A stretch of 64,000 nucleotides of DNA from a virus: the IMG/VR virus record IMGVR_UViG_3300017917_001112, positions 101,257 to 165,256 of that record, one strand, 5' to 3'. The position numbers and the translations under genes were made by a program. Under the pieces are notes generated by a model. That model was not told where the DNA came from, ran no database searches, and saw only the letters and a program-made list of their open reading frames with translations. Shown piece by piece: positions 37,100 to 45,964 of the stretch. The stretch's first letter is position 1. The number at the start of each line of letters is the position of its first letter.

Positions 37100-38899
37100 A
37101 TGGATGTGGTACATGGTATTAGGGTCGACTTCACCCGAGACAATCTATTTGATGCATTGGGCACCAAAAGATTACAAGAAAGTTACATGAGAGATGATGA
37201 ACATTCTCCGCAAGAAAGATTCGCATTCGTATCGTCGCAGTTCGGTACAAATCCTGAGCATGCGCAAAGACTATATGAGTATTCCTCACGTCATTGGCTC
37301 TCTTATAGCACTCCCATTTTATCTTTTGGGCGCAGTAAGCGTGGGATGCCTATTAGTTGTTTCCTTAACTATATTGAAGATACTGCAGAGGGTCTAGTTG
37401 ATAATCTTTCTGAAACTAATTGGTTATCTATGCTTGGTGGTGGGGTTGGTATTGGCTTTGGTATCCGTTCAGCAGATGACAAATCTACTGGTGTCATGCC
37501 TCACCTCAAGATCTATGACGCCAGTTCTTTGGCATACCGTCAGGGTCGTACTCGTCGTGGCTCTTATGCTGCTTACCTTGACATTAGCCACCCTGACATT
37601 ATAAATTTTTTGGAGATGCGTAAGCCAACAGGCGACCAAAATATGCGTTGTCTGAATCTTCATCACGCTATCAATATTCCTGATGCGTTTATGCAGATTA
37701 TCGAGAAGTGTATGCTTGATCCAGAAGCAGATGATTCGTGGGAACTTAAAGATCCGCATAGTGGTGAAATAAGAGAAGTTGTTTCTGCTCGTGCATTGTG
37801 GCAACAAATTTTAGAATTGCGTATGATGACTGGCGAACCATATCTTCATTTTATCGACACATCAAACAAACACCTACCGCAATGGCTAAAAGATAAAGGA
37901 CTAAAAATCCATCAATCAAATCTTTGTTCTGAAATTATTTTACCAACCAATGAAGAACGCACTGCTGTTTGCTGTCTCTCTTCATTAAACTTGGAGTACT
38001 ACGATGAATGGAAATCAGATCCTTTATTTCTTCGTGATGTTGCAGAAATGCTTGACAATGTTCTTGAGTATTTTATTTCTAATGCACCTTCCGCCATACA
38101 ACGTGCAGTTTACTCAGCCACTCGTGAACGCAGTATTGGCATTGGTGCGTTAGGATGGCATGCTTATTTACAGCAGCAAAACTTACCATGGGAATCAGCA
38201 TTAGCAGTAGGGAGAAACATACAAATATTTAAACACATTAGAGAGGGATTGGATCGTGCGAATAAAGAACTGGGATTGGAGCGTGGTGAAGCTCCTGATG
38301 CTAACGGCACTGGTAATCGTTTTAGTCATCTTATGGCTATTGCTCCCAATGCTTCTTCTTCCATTCTCATGGGCAATACTAGTCCTTCTATTGAACCTTT
38401 CCGTGCTAATGCTTATCGTCAAGATACTCTTAGTGGTTCTTCGTTAAATAAAAACAAATATCTTGACAAAATTATTCAGGAGAAATGCGATAATGATATC
38501 ACTGCAACCTTGGACTATAACGAAATCTGGTCAAGCATTATTGCAAATGATGGTTCCGTACAACACTTGGACATTTTGGATGAATGGACAAAAGACGTAT
38601 TCAAAACAAGTATGGAAATCGATCAGCGTTGGCTCGTTCAACATGCAGCCGATCGACAAGAATATATTGACCAAGCCCAATCTCTCAATTTATTCTTCAG
38701 ACCTGATGCGAATGTTAAATACATCCACGCAGTACACTTTCAAGCATGGAAAGAAGGATTAAAAACTTTATATTATTGCCGTAGCGAGAAGATTGGTAAA
38801 GCAGATAAAGTTGCTAAGAAGATCGAACGACAAGTCATTGAAGAAATCGATCTTAAAGCATTGGCTGAAGGAAACGAATGTCTAGCATGCGAAGGATAA
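37100..38899 (+). CDS. nrdA: class I ribonucleotide reductase alpha subunit (no ATP cone)
   Basis: SCFL, SNLCSEI, VCCLSS, APNASSS, LYYCR, C-terminal CLACEG. Confidence 0.95.
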   Translation: MDVVHGIRVDFTRDNLFDALGTKRLQESYMRDDEHSPQERFAFVSSQFGTNPEHAQRLYEYSSRHWLSYSTPILSFGRSKRGMPISCFLNYIEDTAEGLVDNLSETNWLSMLGGGVGIGFGIRSADDKSTGVMPHLKIYDASSLAYRQGRTRRGSYAAYLDISHPDIINFLEMRKPTGDQNMRCLNLHHAINIPDAFMQIIEKCMLDPEADDSWELKDPHSGEIREVVSARALWQQILELRMMTGEPYLHFIDTSNKHLPQWLKDKGLKIHQSNLCSEIILPTNEERTAVCCLSSLNLEYYDEWKSDPLFLRDVAEMLDNVLEYFISNAPSAIQRAVYSATRERSIGIGALGWHAYLQQQNLPWESALAVGRNIQIFKHIREGLDRANKELGLERGEAPDANGTGNRFSHLMAIAPNASSSILMGNTSPSIEPFRANAYRQDTLSGSSLNKNKYLDKIIQEKCDNDITATLDYNEIWSSIIANDGSVQHLDILDEWTKDVFKTSMEIDQRWLVQHAADRQEYIDQAQSLNLFFRPDANVKYIHAVHFQAWKEGLKTLYYCRSEKIGKADKVAKKIERQVIEEIDLKALAEGNECLACEG

Positions 38900-38902
38900 G
38901 AA

Positions 38903-39895
38903 ATGATTAAAAAAACAAAATTAAAACTAACTGATGAGCGTAGTTCATTTAAACCATTCCAATACCCATGGGCATATGATGCTTGGTTAAAACATGAACA
39001 AACGCATTGGTTGCATACAGAAGTGCCAATGTTGGAGGACGTGAAAGATTGGAAAAAGAAATTAACAAAAGAAGAAAAACATTTTCTTACAAACATCCTG
39101 CGCTTCTTTGTTCAAGGAGATGTGGATGTTGCGGGAGGTTACGTAACAAATTATCTTCCTTATTTCAAACAACCAGAAGTGAGAATGATGTTGCTGGGAT
39201 TCGCAGCAAGAGAAGCACTGCACGTTGCTGGTTACTCACATCTAATCGAAACTCTGGGAATGCCAGAGGGAATCTATAACGAATTCCTTGAATATTCAGA
39301 GATGAGAGACAAGCATGATTATTTCATCGATCTTTCAAATAAAAATGGCACAGTAGAATCTGTTGCAGCAAATATTGCTGCGTTCTCTGCTTTTACTGAG
39401 GGTATGCAGTTATTTTCATCATTTATCATGTTATTGAATTTTCCAAGACATGGTAAAATGAAAGGTATGGGGCAAATTATTACTTGGTCGATTGTTGATG
39501 AAACAATGCATGCTGAATCAATGATTAGACTGTTCCGTACATATGTTGAAGAAAACAAAGAAATTTGGAATGATGAACTAAAATCATCAATCTACACTAT
39601 TGCAGAAAAAATGGTTCAATTAGAAGATAAGTTTATTGACTTAGCATTTTCGAAAGGAACTATGGAGAATCTAACATCAGAAGATGTTAAGAAATACATT
39701 CGTTATATTGCTGATAGACGTTTAATTTCTCTTGGTCTAAAAGGAATATATAAAGTAAAGAAAAATCCTTTACTTTGGGTAGAGGAAATGATCAATGCAC
39801 CAACTCACACGAACTTCTTTGAAAATCGTGCTACTGATTACGCAAAGGGTGCTTTGACTGGTGATTGGCAAGATGTTTGGGGCAAAGCAGCATAA
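38903..39895 (+). CDS. nrdB: ribonucleotide reductase beta subunit
   Basis: EALH..YSH, EGMQLFSSF, DETMH, NFFENR. Confidence 0.95.
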   Translation: MIKKTKLKLTDERSSFKPFQYPWAYDAWLKHEQTHWLHTEVPMLEDVKDWKKKLTKEEKHFLTNILRFFVQGDVDVAGGYVTNYLPYFKQPEVRMMLLGFAAREALHVAGYSHLIETLGMPEGIYNEFLEYSEMRDKHDYFIDLSNKNGTVESVAANIAAFSAFTEGMQLFSSFIMLLNFPRHGKMKGMGQIITWSIVDETMHAESMIRLFRTYVEENKEIWNDELKSSIYTIAEKMVQLEDKFIDLAFSKGTMENLTSEDVKKYIRYIADRRLISLGLKGIYKVKKNPLLWVEEMINAPTHTNFFENRATDYAKGALTGDWQDVWGKAA

Positions 39896-39910
39896 TTGAG
39901 AGGAAAAACT

Positions 39911-40582
39911 ATGAATTTAAATGTTTCAGCAGTAGAAAGTTTAAACACAGCAGTAGCAGGTGTTCTTGGTAGAATGTCTGTTGGCATATTTGCTACAATG
40001 ATTTTTGCTTCTATTGTAGTTGGACTTGGAATAGTTCCACTGTTATTTTCTGGTATACTTGGATATGTTATTATATTTGCACCATTAGTTATGAGTTTGT
40101 TTTTGGCATGGAAAGGTTCTGAGATGTCAGAATCCACTATTAAACTTTGGTTCTTTGCTTTCGCAGCAGCAATGGGTCTTAGTTTAAGTTTATTATTCTA
40201 TGCATATACTAGTGCAAGTATCGTTACTGCTTTACTTGGAACAACTGTTTCTTTCGGTGCATTGGCTGGATGGGGTTATTTCACTAAACGTGACATTTCG
40301 GGGTGGGGTCCATTTTTGTTTGCTGGTGTAATCGGTTTAATCGTTGTTGGTATCATAAACATTTTTGTAGCATCAACAGCATTACAGATGACATTAAATG
40401 TATTAGCAATTCTCATTTTCTTAGGTCTTACTGCATATGACATGAATCGTATTCGTGATATGTTTTGGGGTGCTTCACAAGATGAAGTCGCACGCATGCA
40501 GTGGTTTGGTGCGTTAAGTCTCTACATTAATTTTATTAACATTTTTATTAGCATACTGCAGCTGTTTGGAAATAAGGAATAA
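39911..40582 (+). CDS. Bax inhibitor-1/YccA family membrane protein
   Basis: about 7 TM helices, TKRD, LTAYD, ALSLYINFINIF. Confidence 0.88.
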   Translation: MNLNVSAVESLNTAVAGVLGRMSVGIFATMIFASIVVGLGIVPLLFSGILGYVIIFAPLVMSLFLAWKGSEMSESTIKLWFFAFAAAMGLSLSLLFYAYTSASIVTALLGTTVSFGALAGWGYFTKRDISGWGPFLFAGVIGLIVVGIINIFVASTALQMTLNVLAILIFLGLTAYDMNRIRDMFWGASQDEVARMQWFGALSLYINFINIFISILQLFGNKE

Positions 40583-41220
40583 TGGCGCATATAGTAGCAA
40601 ATTTACCACCAGTAAAATGTTATGTGCGAAGGGAATTCCTTTATGATTTTGAAAAGGGATATGGAGAACTAGAACCATGCTGGTGGATAAGTATAAAGTC
40701 ACTGAGAGGACAAGCATTTCGTATTGAATCATATCTTAATCATTATGGCGCACTATATGATAAGTTGCCACTGCATGCTTATTGTTGGAAACCAATTGAT
40801 GGAGAACCACTCCCATTAGATTATTTGCAGTTATGGGACTGTCTTTCTTATGATATAACAGTTATCAAGAAAGCGCAGTTGCAGTCAATGAAGTGTAAAT
40901 TTAAACTTAAAGATGGGAAATGGATGTATGGAACTTATCTATTCACTGTTGATTCTGCTTCTCCTGACTTTAATATTCTTGATACTGGATTTGCTGAAGA
41001 TACCGAAGATCACAAATCTTACAATTTTATTATGTGTGATAATGGGCAGTTCGCTGCTCAGCCAAACAATCGTCTTATTATCCTCGAGCCTTCGTCTAAT
41101 CCTCGCGAATTAAAACTACCAGATTTCAAAGCAGCAACTAAACGCTGGTCTGTCGAAACAGATCCTAAATGGGCATTGGGAGATACCAATACCGTTATGT
41201 ACGAGAAGAAAGATGATTGA
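40582..41220 (+). CDS. conserved hypothetical protein
   Basis: YGALYDKLP, LQLWDC, GQFAAQPNNR. Confidence 0.75.
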   Translation: MAHIVANLPPVKCYVRREFLYDFEKGYGELEPCWWISIKSLRGQAFRIESYLNHYGALYDKLPLHAYCWKPIDGEPLPLDYLQLWDCLSYDITVIKKAQLQSMKCKFKLKDGKWMYGTYLFTVDSASPDFNILDTGFAEDTEDHKSYNFIMCDNGQFAAQPNNRLIILEPSSNPRELKLPDFKAATKRWSVETDPKWALGDTNTVMYEKKDD

Positions 41221-41917
41221 GTTAATATATTTACTTGTAGCAACACATATAACTATTGTTTGTGTAACATTGTATTTACACAGAGGTCAAACTCATAGAG
41301 GTATTGAATTTCATCCAGCAGTAGCGCACTTTATGCGTTTCTGGCTTTGGTTAACCACAGGTATGGTAACAAAGCAGTGGGTAGCAATACATCGTAAACA
41401 TCATCAATCTTCAGATAAAGAAGGCGATCCACATTCTCCACATGTGTTTGGGATTTGGAAAGTGTTGTTTGGTGGAGCATTGTTGTATCATGCAGCAAGT
41501 AAAGATAAAGATATGATTAATTCATATGGAGTTGGAACTCCTGACGACTGGATAGAGAAAAATGTTTATAGTAAACATTCTCGTGTTGGAATTACTTTGT
41601 TATTAGTGGTAAATTTACTTTGTTTTTCATGGTGGGGTCTTTTGCTTTGGGGCATTCAAATGATTTGGATTCCATTCTGGGCAGCAGGTGTTATAAATGG
41701 TATAGGGCACTACTGGGGTTATAGAAATGGCGAAACAAAAGATAGATCTAGAAACATCTTTCCTATTGGGATTATCGTTGGTGGTGAGTGCCTTCACAAC
41801 AATCATCATCTTGATCCTGCTAATCCCAAGTTAAGTAAGAAATGGTTCGAGTTTGATATTGGATGGATGTGGTTTAAGGTGTTAGAAAAACTAAAATTAG
41901 CAAGGATAAAACAATAA
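41213..41917 (+). CDS. membrane fatty acid (delta-9 acyl) desaturase
   Basis: His boxes HRGQTH, HRKHH, HNNHH. Confidence 0.92.
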   Translation: MIELIYLLVATHITIVCVTLYLHRGQTHRGIEFHPAVAHFMRFWLWLTTGMVTKQWVAIHRKHHQSSDKEGDPHSPHVFGIWKVLFGGALLYHAASKDKDMINSYGVGTPDDWIEKNVYSKHSRVGITLLLVVNLLCFSWWGLLLWGIQMIWIPFWAAGVINGIGHYWGYRNGETKDRSRNIFPIGIIVGGECLHNNHHLDPANPKLSKKWFEFDIGWMWFKVLEKLKLARIKQ

Positions 41918-41918
41918 T

Positions 41919-42068
41919 ATGGCAACAAAGCATTTTGATTGCGAAAATTGTGGTGCGCATGGAAAGATAACATTTAAAGAAGGCGACTATCAAATAAGCG
42001 ATGTCGTCTATTGTCCATTTTGCGGAGCAGATATTTACGAAGAAGAAGATATAGAGGAAGATGAGTAA
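41919..42068 (+). CDS. small zinc-ribbon protein with acidic tail (49 aa)
   Basis: CENC...CPFC, EEEDIEEDE; AAGGA SD. Confidence 0.7.
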   Translation: MATKHFDCENCGAHGKITFKEGDYQISDVVYCPFCGADIYEEEDIEEDE

Positions 42069-42715
42069 TGTTAAAACATTTAAATCTTGTTGTTGACTAT
42101 CACACAAATGCGATATTAACATTTCCAGTTTCTACCGCAACAGCTGTTCATGTTAGTTCTGGCATTCTAGACACATATACTACTAATATACCAACTGATT
42201 TGAAAGCTGTAAAGAATATCGTCAATCAATTTGATTTAGTAAATGATTTGCTACAATTATCCTATGACAAAGTTGATGGACAAATTCAATACCTTCGCCC
42301 ATTACCTGAACATTTACAAACAGATGAGTTGAAACAGAAAAGGGCACTCGCTAAGTTGCGTGCCAAATATATCTACTACCAAGAATCTTACTATCGCATC
42401 TACATAAATAGATCAGTTTTTGCTCCCAATTATACAATCATACCATATCTACTACAAGAATTGAATGATTGCGATTCAATAAACGATTCATACTCTGATG
42501 GTATTAAAGAATATTCTGAAATACTTGGTATTACAGAGAAAGAAGCGTATGATGAGTTAATGATATTGACAGAAAGCGCATCAATAATTAAGATGCGTTA
42601 TTTTGCTTGGTATATGAAAAATATTTCTGAAATAAACAAGTTATTTACCGAAGAAGATATGCAGAATTATTCTAAAACTGTTTGGGAAAACATTATTAAC
42701 GAACAGGTGTTGTGA
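42068..42715 (+). CDS. helical partner protein A1 (module 1)
   Basis: paralog of 43833..44459 (AILTF, QFDL.ND, R.LA.LRA.YI, EY..I..I....AY.E). Confidence 0.7.
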   Translation: MLKHLNLVVDYHTNAILTFPVSTATAVHVSSGILDTYTTNIPTDLKAVKNIVNQFDLVNDLLQLSYDKVDGQIQYLRPLPEHLQTDELKQKRALAKLRAKYIYYQESYYRIYINRSVFAPNYTIIPYLLQELNDCDSINDSYSDGIKEYSEILGITEKEAYDELMILTESASIIKMRYFAWYMKNISEINKLFTEEDMQNYSKTVWENIINEQVL

Positions 42716-43836
42716 TGCAGATTTATGCTGGAAACGTAAGCGATCTAACAACCCATAAAGCTGAGGGTGTAAGCGAATGGGGAAGCATATATAAACTCTT
42801 AGCAAATAATGTTGTTCTTGTTGATCGTTCTCAACAAATAACAATGCCGTTTGATATTAAAGTGTACGATAAATTTAAAATGCCAGAAATGGATATTACC
42901 TTTGACTCAACATATGAGCAATGTTGCGATCGCAGAGCAAATGAATTATATGAGTTATCAAAACAATTAGACAAACCAATATATCTTTTCTATTCTGGTG
43001 GTATCGATTCAACACTAGCATTTATTTCTTTTCTAAAAGCCATTCCTGAGAATGATAGAGATAGACTTGTTCTGTTGATGAACGCAGATAGTATTAAAGA
43101 GTATCCTCAAATGTATTATACGCATATCCGAGGAAAAATTAAAACTGTTTCTAGTAATAATTTCTCAAAGTATTTTGATAAATCTTGTATTCTTGTTGGT
43201 GGTGAATTTAATGATCAACTATTTGGTTCAGATATAGTTAAACTTGTGTATCAAAAGTTCGATTTCGCTACAGTGAAGATGCGTTATAGCAGAGAAATTA
43301 TTACAAAATTATTTTTAGATGTTGGTATGGATGTCGACTCTGCCAATATCTGGTATGACTTAATAGATGGTAGTTGTAAAGATTCTCCAATTGCGCTCAC
43401 AACTGTATTTGATTTTCTTTGGTGGTTAAATTTTAACTTCAAATGGCAAGCTGTTTTCTTTAGACTTGTTATTCGCTGCGACAAACAATATCAAAGTAGT
43501 ATCGATGAAGAATTCTTAAACACATATTACCACCATTTCTATGGCGAAGAATATTTCCAGCAATGGAGTATGACTAACCATGATTCTAAAATTCAAGATG
43601 AGTGGAATACTTACAAGTTTTTACCAAAACAAATAATTTACGAATATACCAATGATGCGCAATATCGTGACAATAAAACAAAGTTACCAAGTCTTTATAA
43701 ATTATTTGTGCAAAAGAAAACACCGCATGCACTCACAACTGAATTTGAGTTTTTAGATAAATTCACATTATCGGATACTGAGTCATTGTATTTACCACAA
43801 AATGATTTTATACCATTACCTTTAAATAAACAATGA
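42712..43836 (+). CDS. asparagine-synthetase-like PP-loop ATP pyrophosphatase B1
   Basis: YSGGIDST, GGEFNDQLFG; no glutaminase domain. Confidence 0.75.
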   Translation: MMQIYAGNVSDLTTHKAEGVSEWGSIYKLLANNVVLVDRSQQITMPFDIKVYDKFKMPEMDITFDSTYEQCCDRRANELYELSKQLDKPIYLFYSGGIDSTLAFISFLKAIPENDRDRLVLLMNADSIKEYPQMYYTHIRGKIKTVSSNNFSKYFDKSCILVGGEFNDQLFGSDIVKLVYQKFDFATVKMRYSREIITKLFLDVGMDVDSANIWYDLIDGSCKDSPIALTTVFDFLWWLNFNFKWQAVFFRLVIRCDKQYQSSIDEEFLNTYYHHFYGEEYFQQWSMTNHDSKIQDEWNTYKFLPKQIIYEYTNDAQYRDNKTKLPSLYKLFVQKKTPHALTTEFEFLDKFTLSDTESLYLPQNDFIPLPLNKQ

Positions 43837-44459
43837 AAAATTTGAATGCTGTTAAAGATATATCAACCCAAGCAATATTAACATTTACCAAATCATATAG
43901 TTCTGCTGTAGCTGTATCGCAGGGATTAATTAACACTGAACCACTAATTATTCCTACTGCTTTACCAAAAGTAACAACTATGGCAAAACAGTTTGATTTG
44001 ATAAACGATCATTTGGCATCTACGCCAGATGCTTGGTTGACTTCTCTACCAAAAAAACTAATCACACCAGAATATCTAACACGAAGAAAGTTAGCAAACC
44101 TTCGTGCTACTTATATCTTTTCACTAGAAACTCATTTAGAATCTGTTACTCAAAGAGGTAATATAAACTTTGATGATTCTGTAATGATGCATCTTATTCG
44201 AGCACATTCTATTTGCAGACCAGAAGAAAACTTTTACTCATATGGTGTTGTTGAATACGCCAACATTCAAAATATTGACCCAAAAACAGCATATCAAGAA
44301 ATTGGTTTAATGATTGAATCGTGTGGTTTAATTAAAATACGTTCTTTTGCGTGGATGCAAACTTGCATTAATAAAATAAATGCTGTTACTAATGTAAACG
44401 ATTTTGGTCCAGTATGGAAAGAATGCTGGGAAGTAGTAAAGCGTTCCGCTTACACTTGA
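43833..44459 (+). CDS. helical partner protein A2 (module 2)
   Basis: paralog of 42068..42715. Confidence 0.7.
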   Translation: MKNLNAVKDISTQAILTFTKSYSSAVAVSQGLINTEPLIIPTALPKVTTMAKQFDLINDHLASTPDAWLTSLPKKLITPEYLTRRKLANLRATYIFSLETHLESVTQRGNINFDDSVMMHLIRAHSICRPEENFYSYGVVEYANIQNIDPKTAYQEIGLMIESCGLIKIRSFAWMQTCINKINAVTNVNDFGPVWKECWEVVKRSAYT

Positions 44460-44466
44460 GGTTATT

Positions 44467-45564
44467 ATGACAGAACTATATCTCGCAAATGCTCAGAAAT
44501 TAAAAAACGAATCAAACGCTGGCGCAGCAGAATGGCTAGACATACACAACTTTATTAATGTGAATGTTTGTCTTGTTGATCGTTCTCAAAACTTGAAATT
44601 ACCATACAAATTTAAATTGTATGACAAGTTTAAAATGCCAACAGATTTATCTTCGCCACTAACCTATGAACAATGTTGTGAGCGTAGAGCATTAGAATTA
44701 TATGAAAAATCTAAATTATTCAATCTACCATTATATGTTTTTTATTCTGGTGGCATTGATTCGACACTTGTTTTAATTTCTCTGCTGAAAGTTATACCTG
44801 AACACGATTGGATGAGAATCGTTGTTGTTATGTCTTTGGATAGTATTCGAGAATTTCCAGAGTTTTATTACAAACATATTCGTGGTAAACTAGAAATAGT
44901 TTCTAGCGAAAATATGTCTGCGTTTTTCAATAAACAATGTTTAATTGTTGGTGGTGAGCATAATGATCAGTTATTTGGCACAGATGTAATCTCAAATCTG
45001 CAAAGCAAAATACCATTCGAAACTGTGTTCAAGAAATATGACAAAGATACTATCATGAAGTATTTTATTGAACACAAAATGACAGAAAAGAGTTCAGAAA
45101 TTTGGTATGACATTGTTCATGATAATGCATCAAAAGCACCATGCGAAATACAAACAGTTCATGATTTCTTTTGGTGGTTGAATTTTAATTTTAAATGGCA
45201 AGCTGTTTTCTTTAGGATGTTATTGCGTGTTGACAAACAGTATCGCCATTTAATCAATCAAGAGTTTGTTGATACATATTTTCATCATTTCTACAGCGAA
45301 GATTATTTTCAAGTTTGGGCAATGACAAATAAACACTTAAAGATAAGAGATAGTTGGGATTCGTACAAGTTTCACGCAAAAGATATTATATATGAGTACA
45401 CTAGTCATAAAGAATATCGTGATCATAAACAAAAGGCAAACAGTTTACACAAATTGTTTATCGCCAAAGACACCCCTGTTGCATTAACATCTAATTATGA
45501 ATACCTATATAAAGTGGACACGAACGAGTTATATGTTCCTGACAATGACTTTATAAAGGATTAG
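44467..45564 (+). CDS. asparagine-synthetase-like PP-loop ATP pyrophosphatase B2
   Basis: YSGGIDST, GGEHNDQLFG, WWLNFNFKWQAVFFR shared with B1. Confidence 0.75.
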   Translation: MTELYLANAQKLKNESNAGAAEWLDIHNFINVNVCLVDRSQNLKLPYKFKLYDKFKMPTDLSSPLTYEQCCERRALELYEKSKLFNLPLYVFYSGGIDSTLVLISLLKVIPEHDWMRIVVVMSLDSIREFPEFYYKHIRGKLEIVSSENMSAFFNKQCLIVGGEHNDQLFGTDVISNLQSKIPFETVFKKYDKDTIMKYFIEHKMTEKSSEIWYDIVHDNASKAPCEIQTVHDFFWWLNFNFKWQAVFFRMLLRVDKQYRHLINQEFVDTYFHHFYSEDYFQVWAMTNKHLKIRDSWDSYKFHAKDIIYEYTSHKEYRDHKQKANSLHKLFIAKDTPVALTSNYEYLYKVDTNELYVPDNDFIKD

Positions 45565-45565
45565 A

Positions 45566-45964
45566 ATGGCAGAAATATGGGTCCACAACAATAAAGAATT
45601 TACGGATCCTGAAGATTGGTACGGTTTTATCTATGAAATTACGAATAATATAACAGGAAAGAAATATATTGGTCGTAAATACTTTACTCAGTCAAAAACA
45701 AGACAAGTAAAGGGAAAGAAAAAACGATCAAGAGTCGAAAGCGACTGGCGTGACTACTGGGGTTCCAATAAATCTCTACTTGCCGATATTGATAAATATG
45801 GTAAGGAAAACTTCACACGCAAAATTTTATTGTTGTGTGAGTCTAGAGGAAACACGAATTATTGGGAAGCCAAATTCCAATTTGACAATAATGTTCTTTT
45901 AGACGATAATTATTATAATGATTGGATTATGATTAAAACTCACAGGAAACACATAAAAAAATGA
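45566..45964 (+). CDS. GIY-YIG nuclease-domain protein
   Basis: YGFIYEITN..TGKKYIGRK, Y.GS, YYN. Confidence 0.75.
   Translation: MAEIWVHNNKEFTDPEDWYGFIYEITNNITGKKYIGRKYFTQSKTRQVKGKKKRSRVESDWRDYWGSNKSLLADIDKYGKENFTRKILLLCESRGNTNYWEAKFQFDNNVLLDDNYYNDWIMIKTHRKHIKK

Noticed and set aside
10577-39895. Introns or inteins in gp43, gp41, nrdA or nrdB
   Set aside because: ORFs are continuous and of ordinary or short length, with no intein motifs
42712-45564. Calling the PP-loop enzymes QueC or a complete lasso-peptide cluster
   Set aside because: No QueC C-terminal Cys zinc cluster; no transglutaminase-like leader peptidase, RRE or convincing precursor seen
45566-45964. GIY-YIG gene as a mobile homing endonuclease
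   Set aside because: Catalytic domain only, with no DNA-binding extension or intron context
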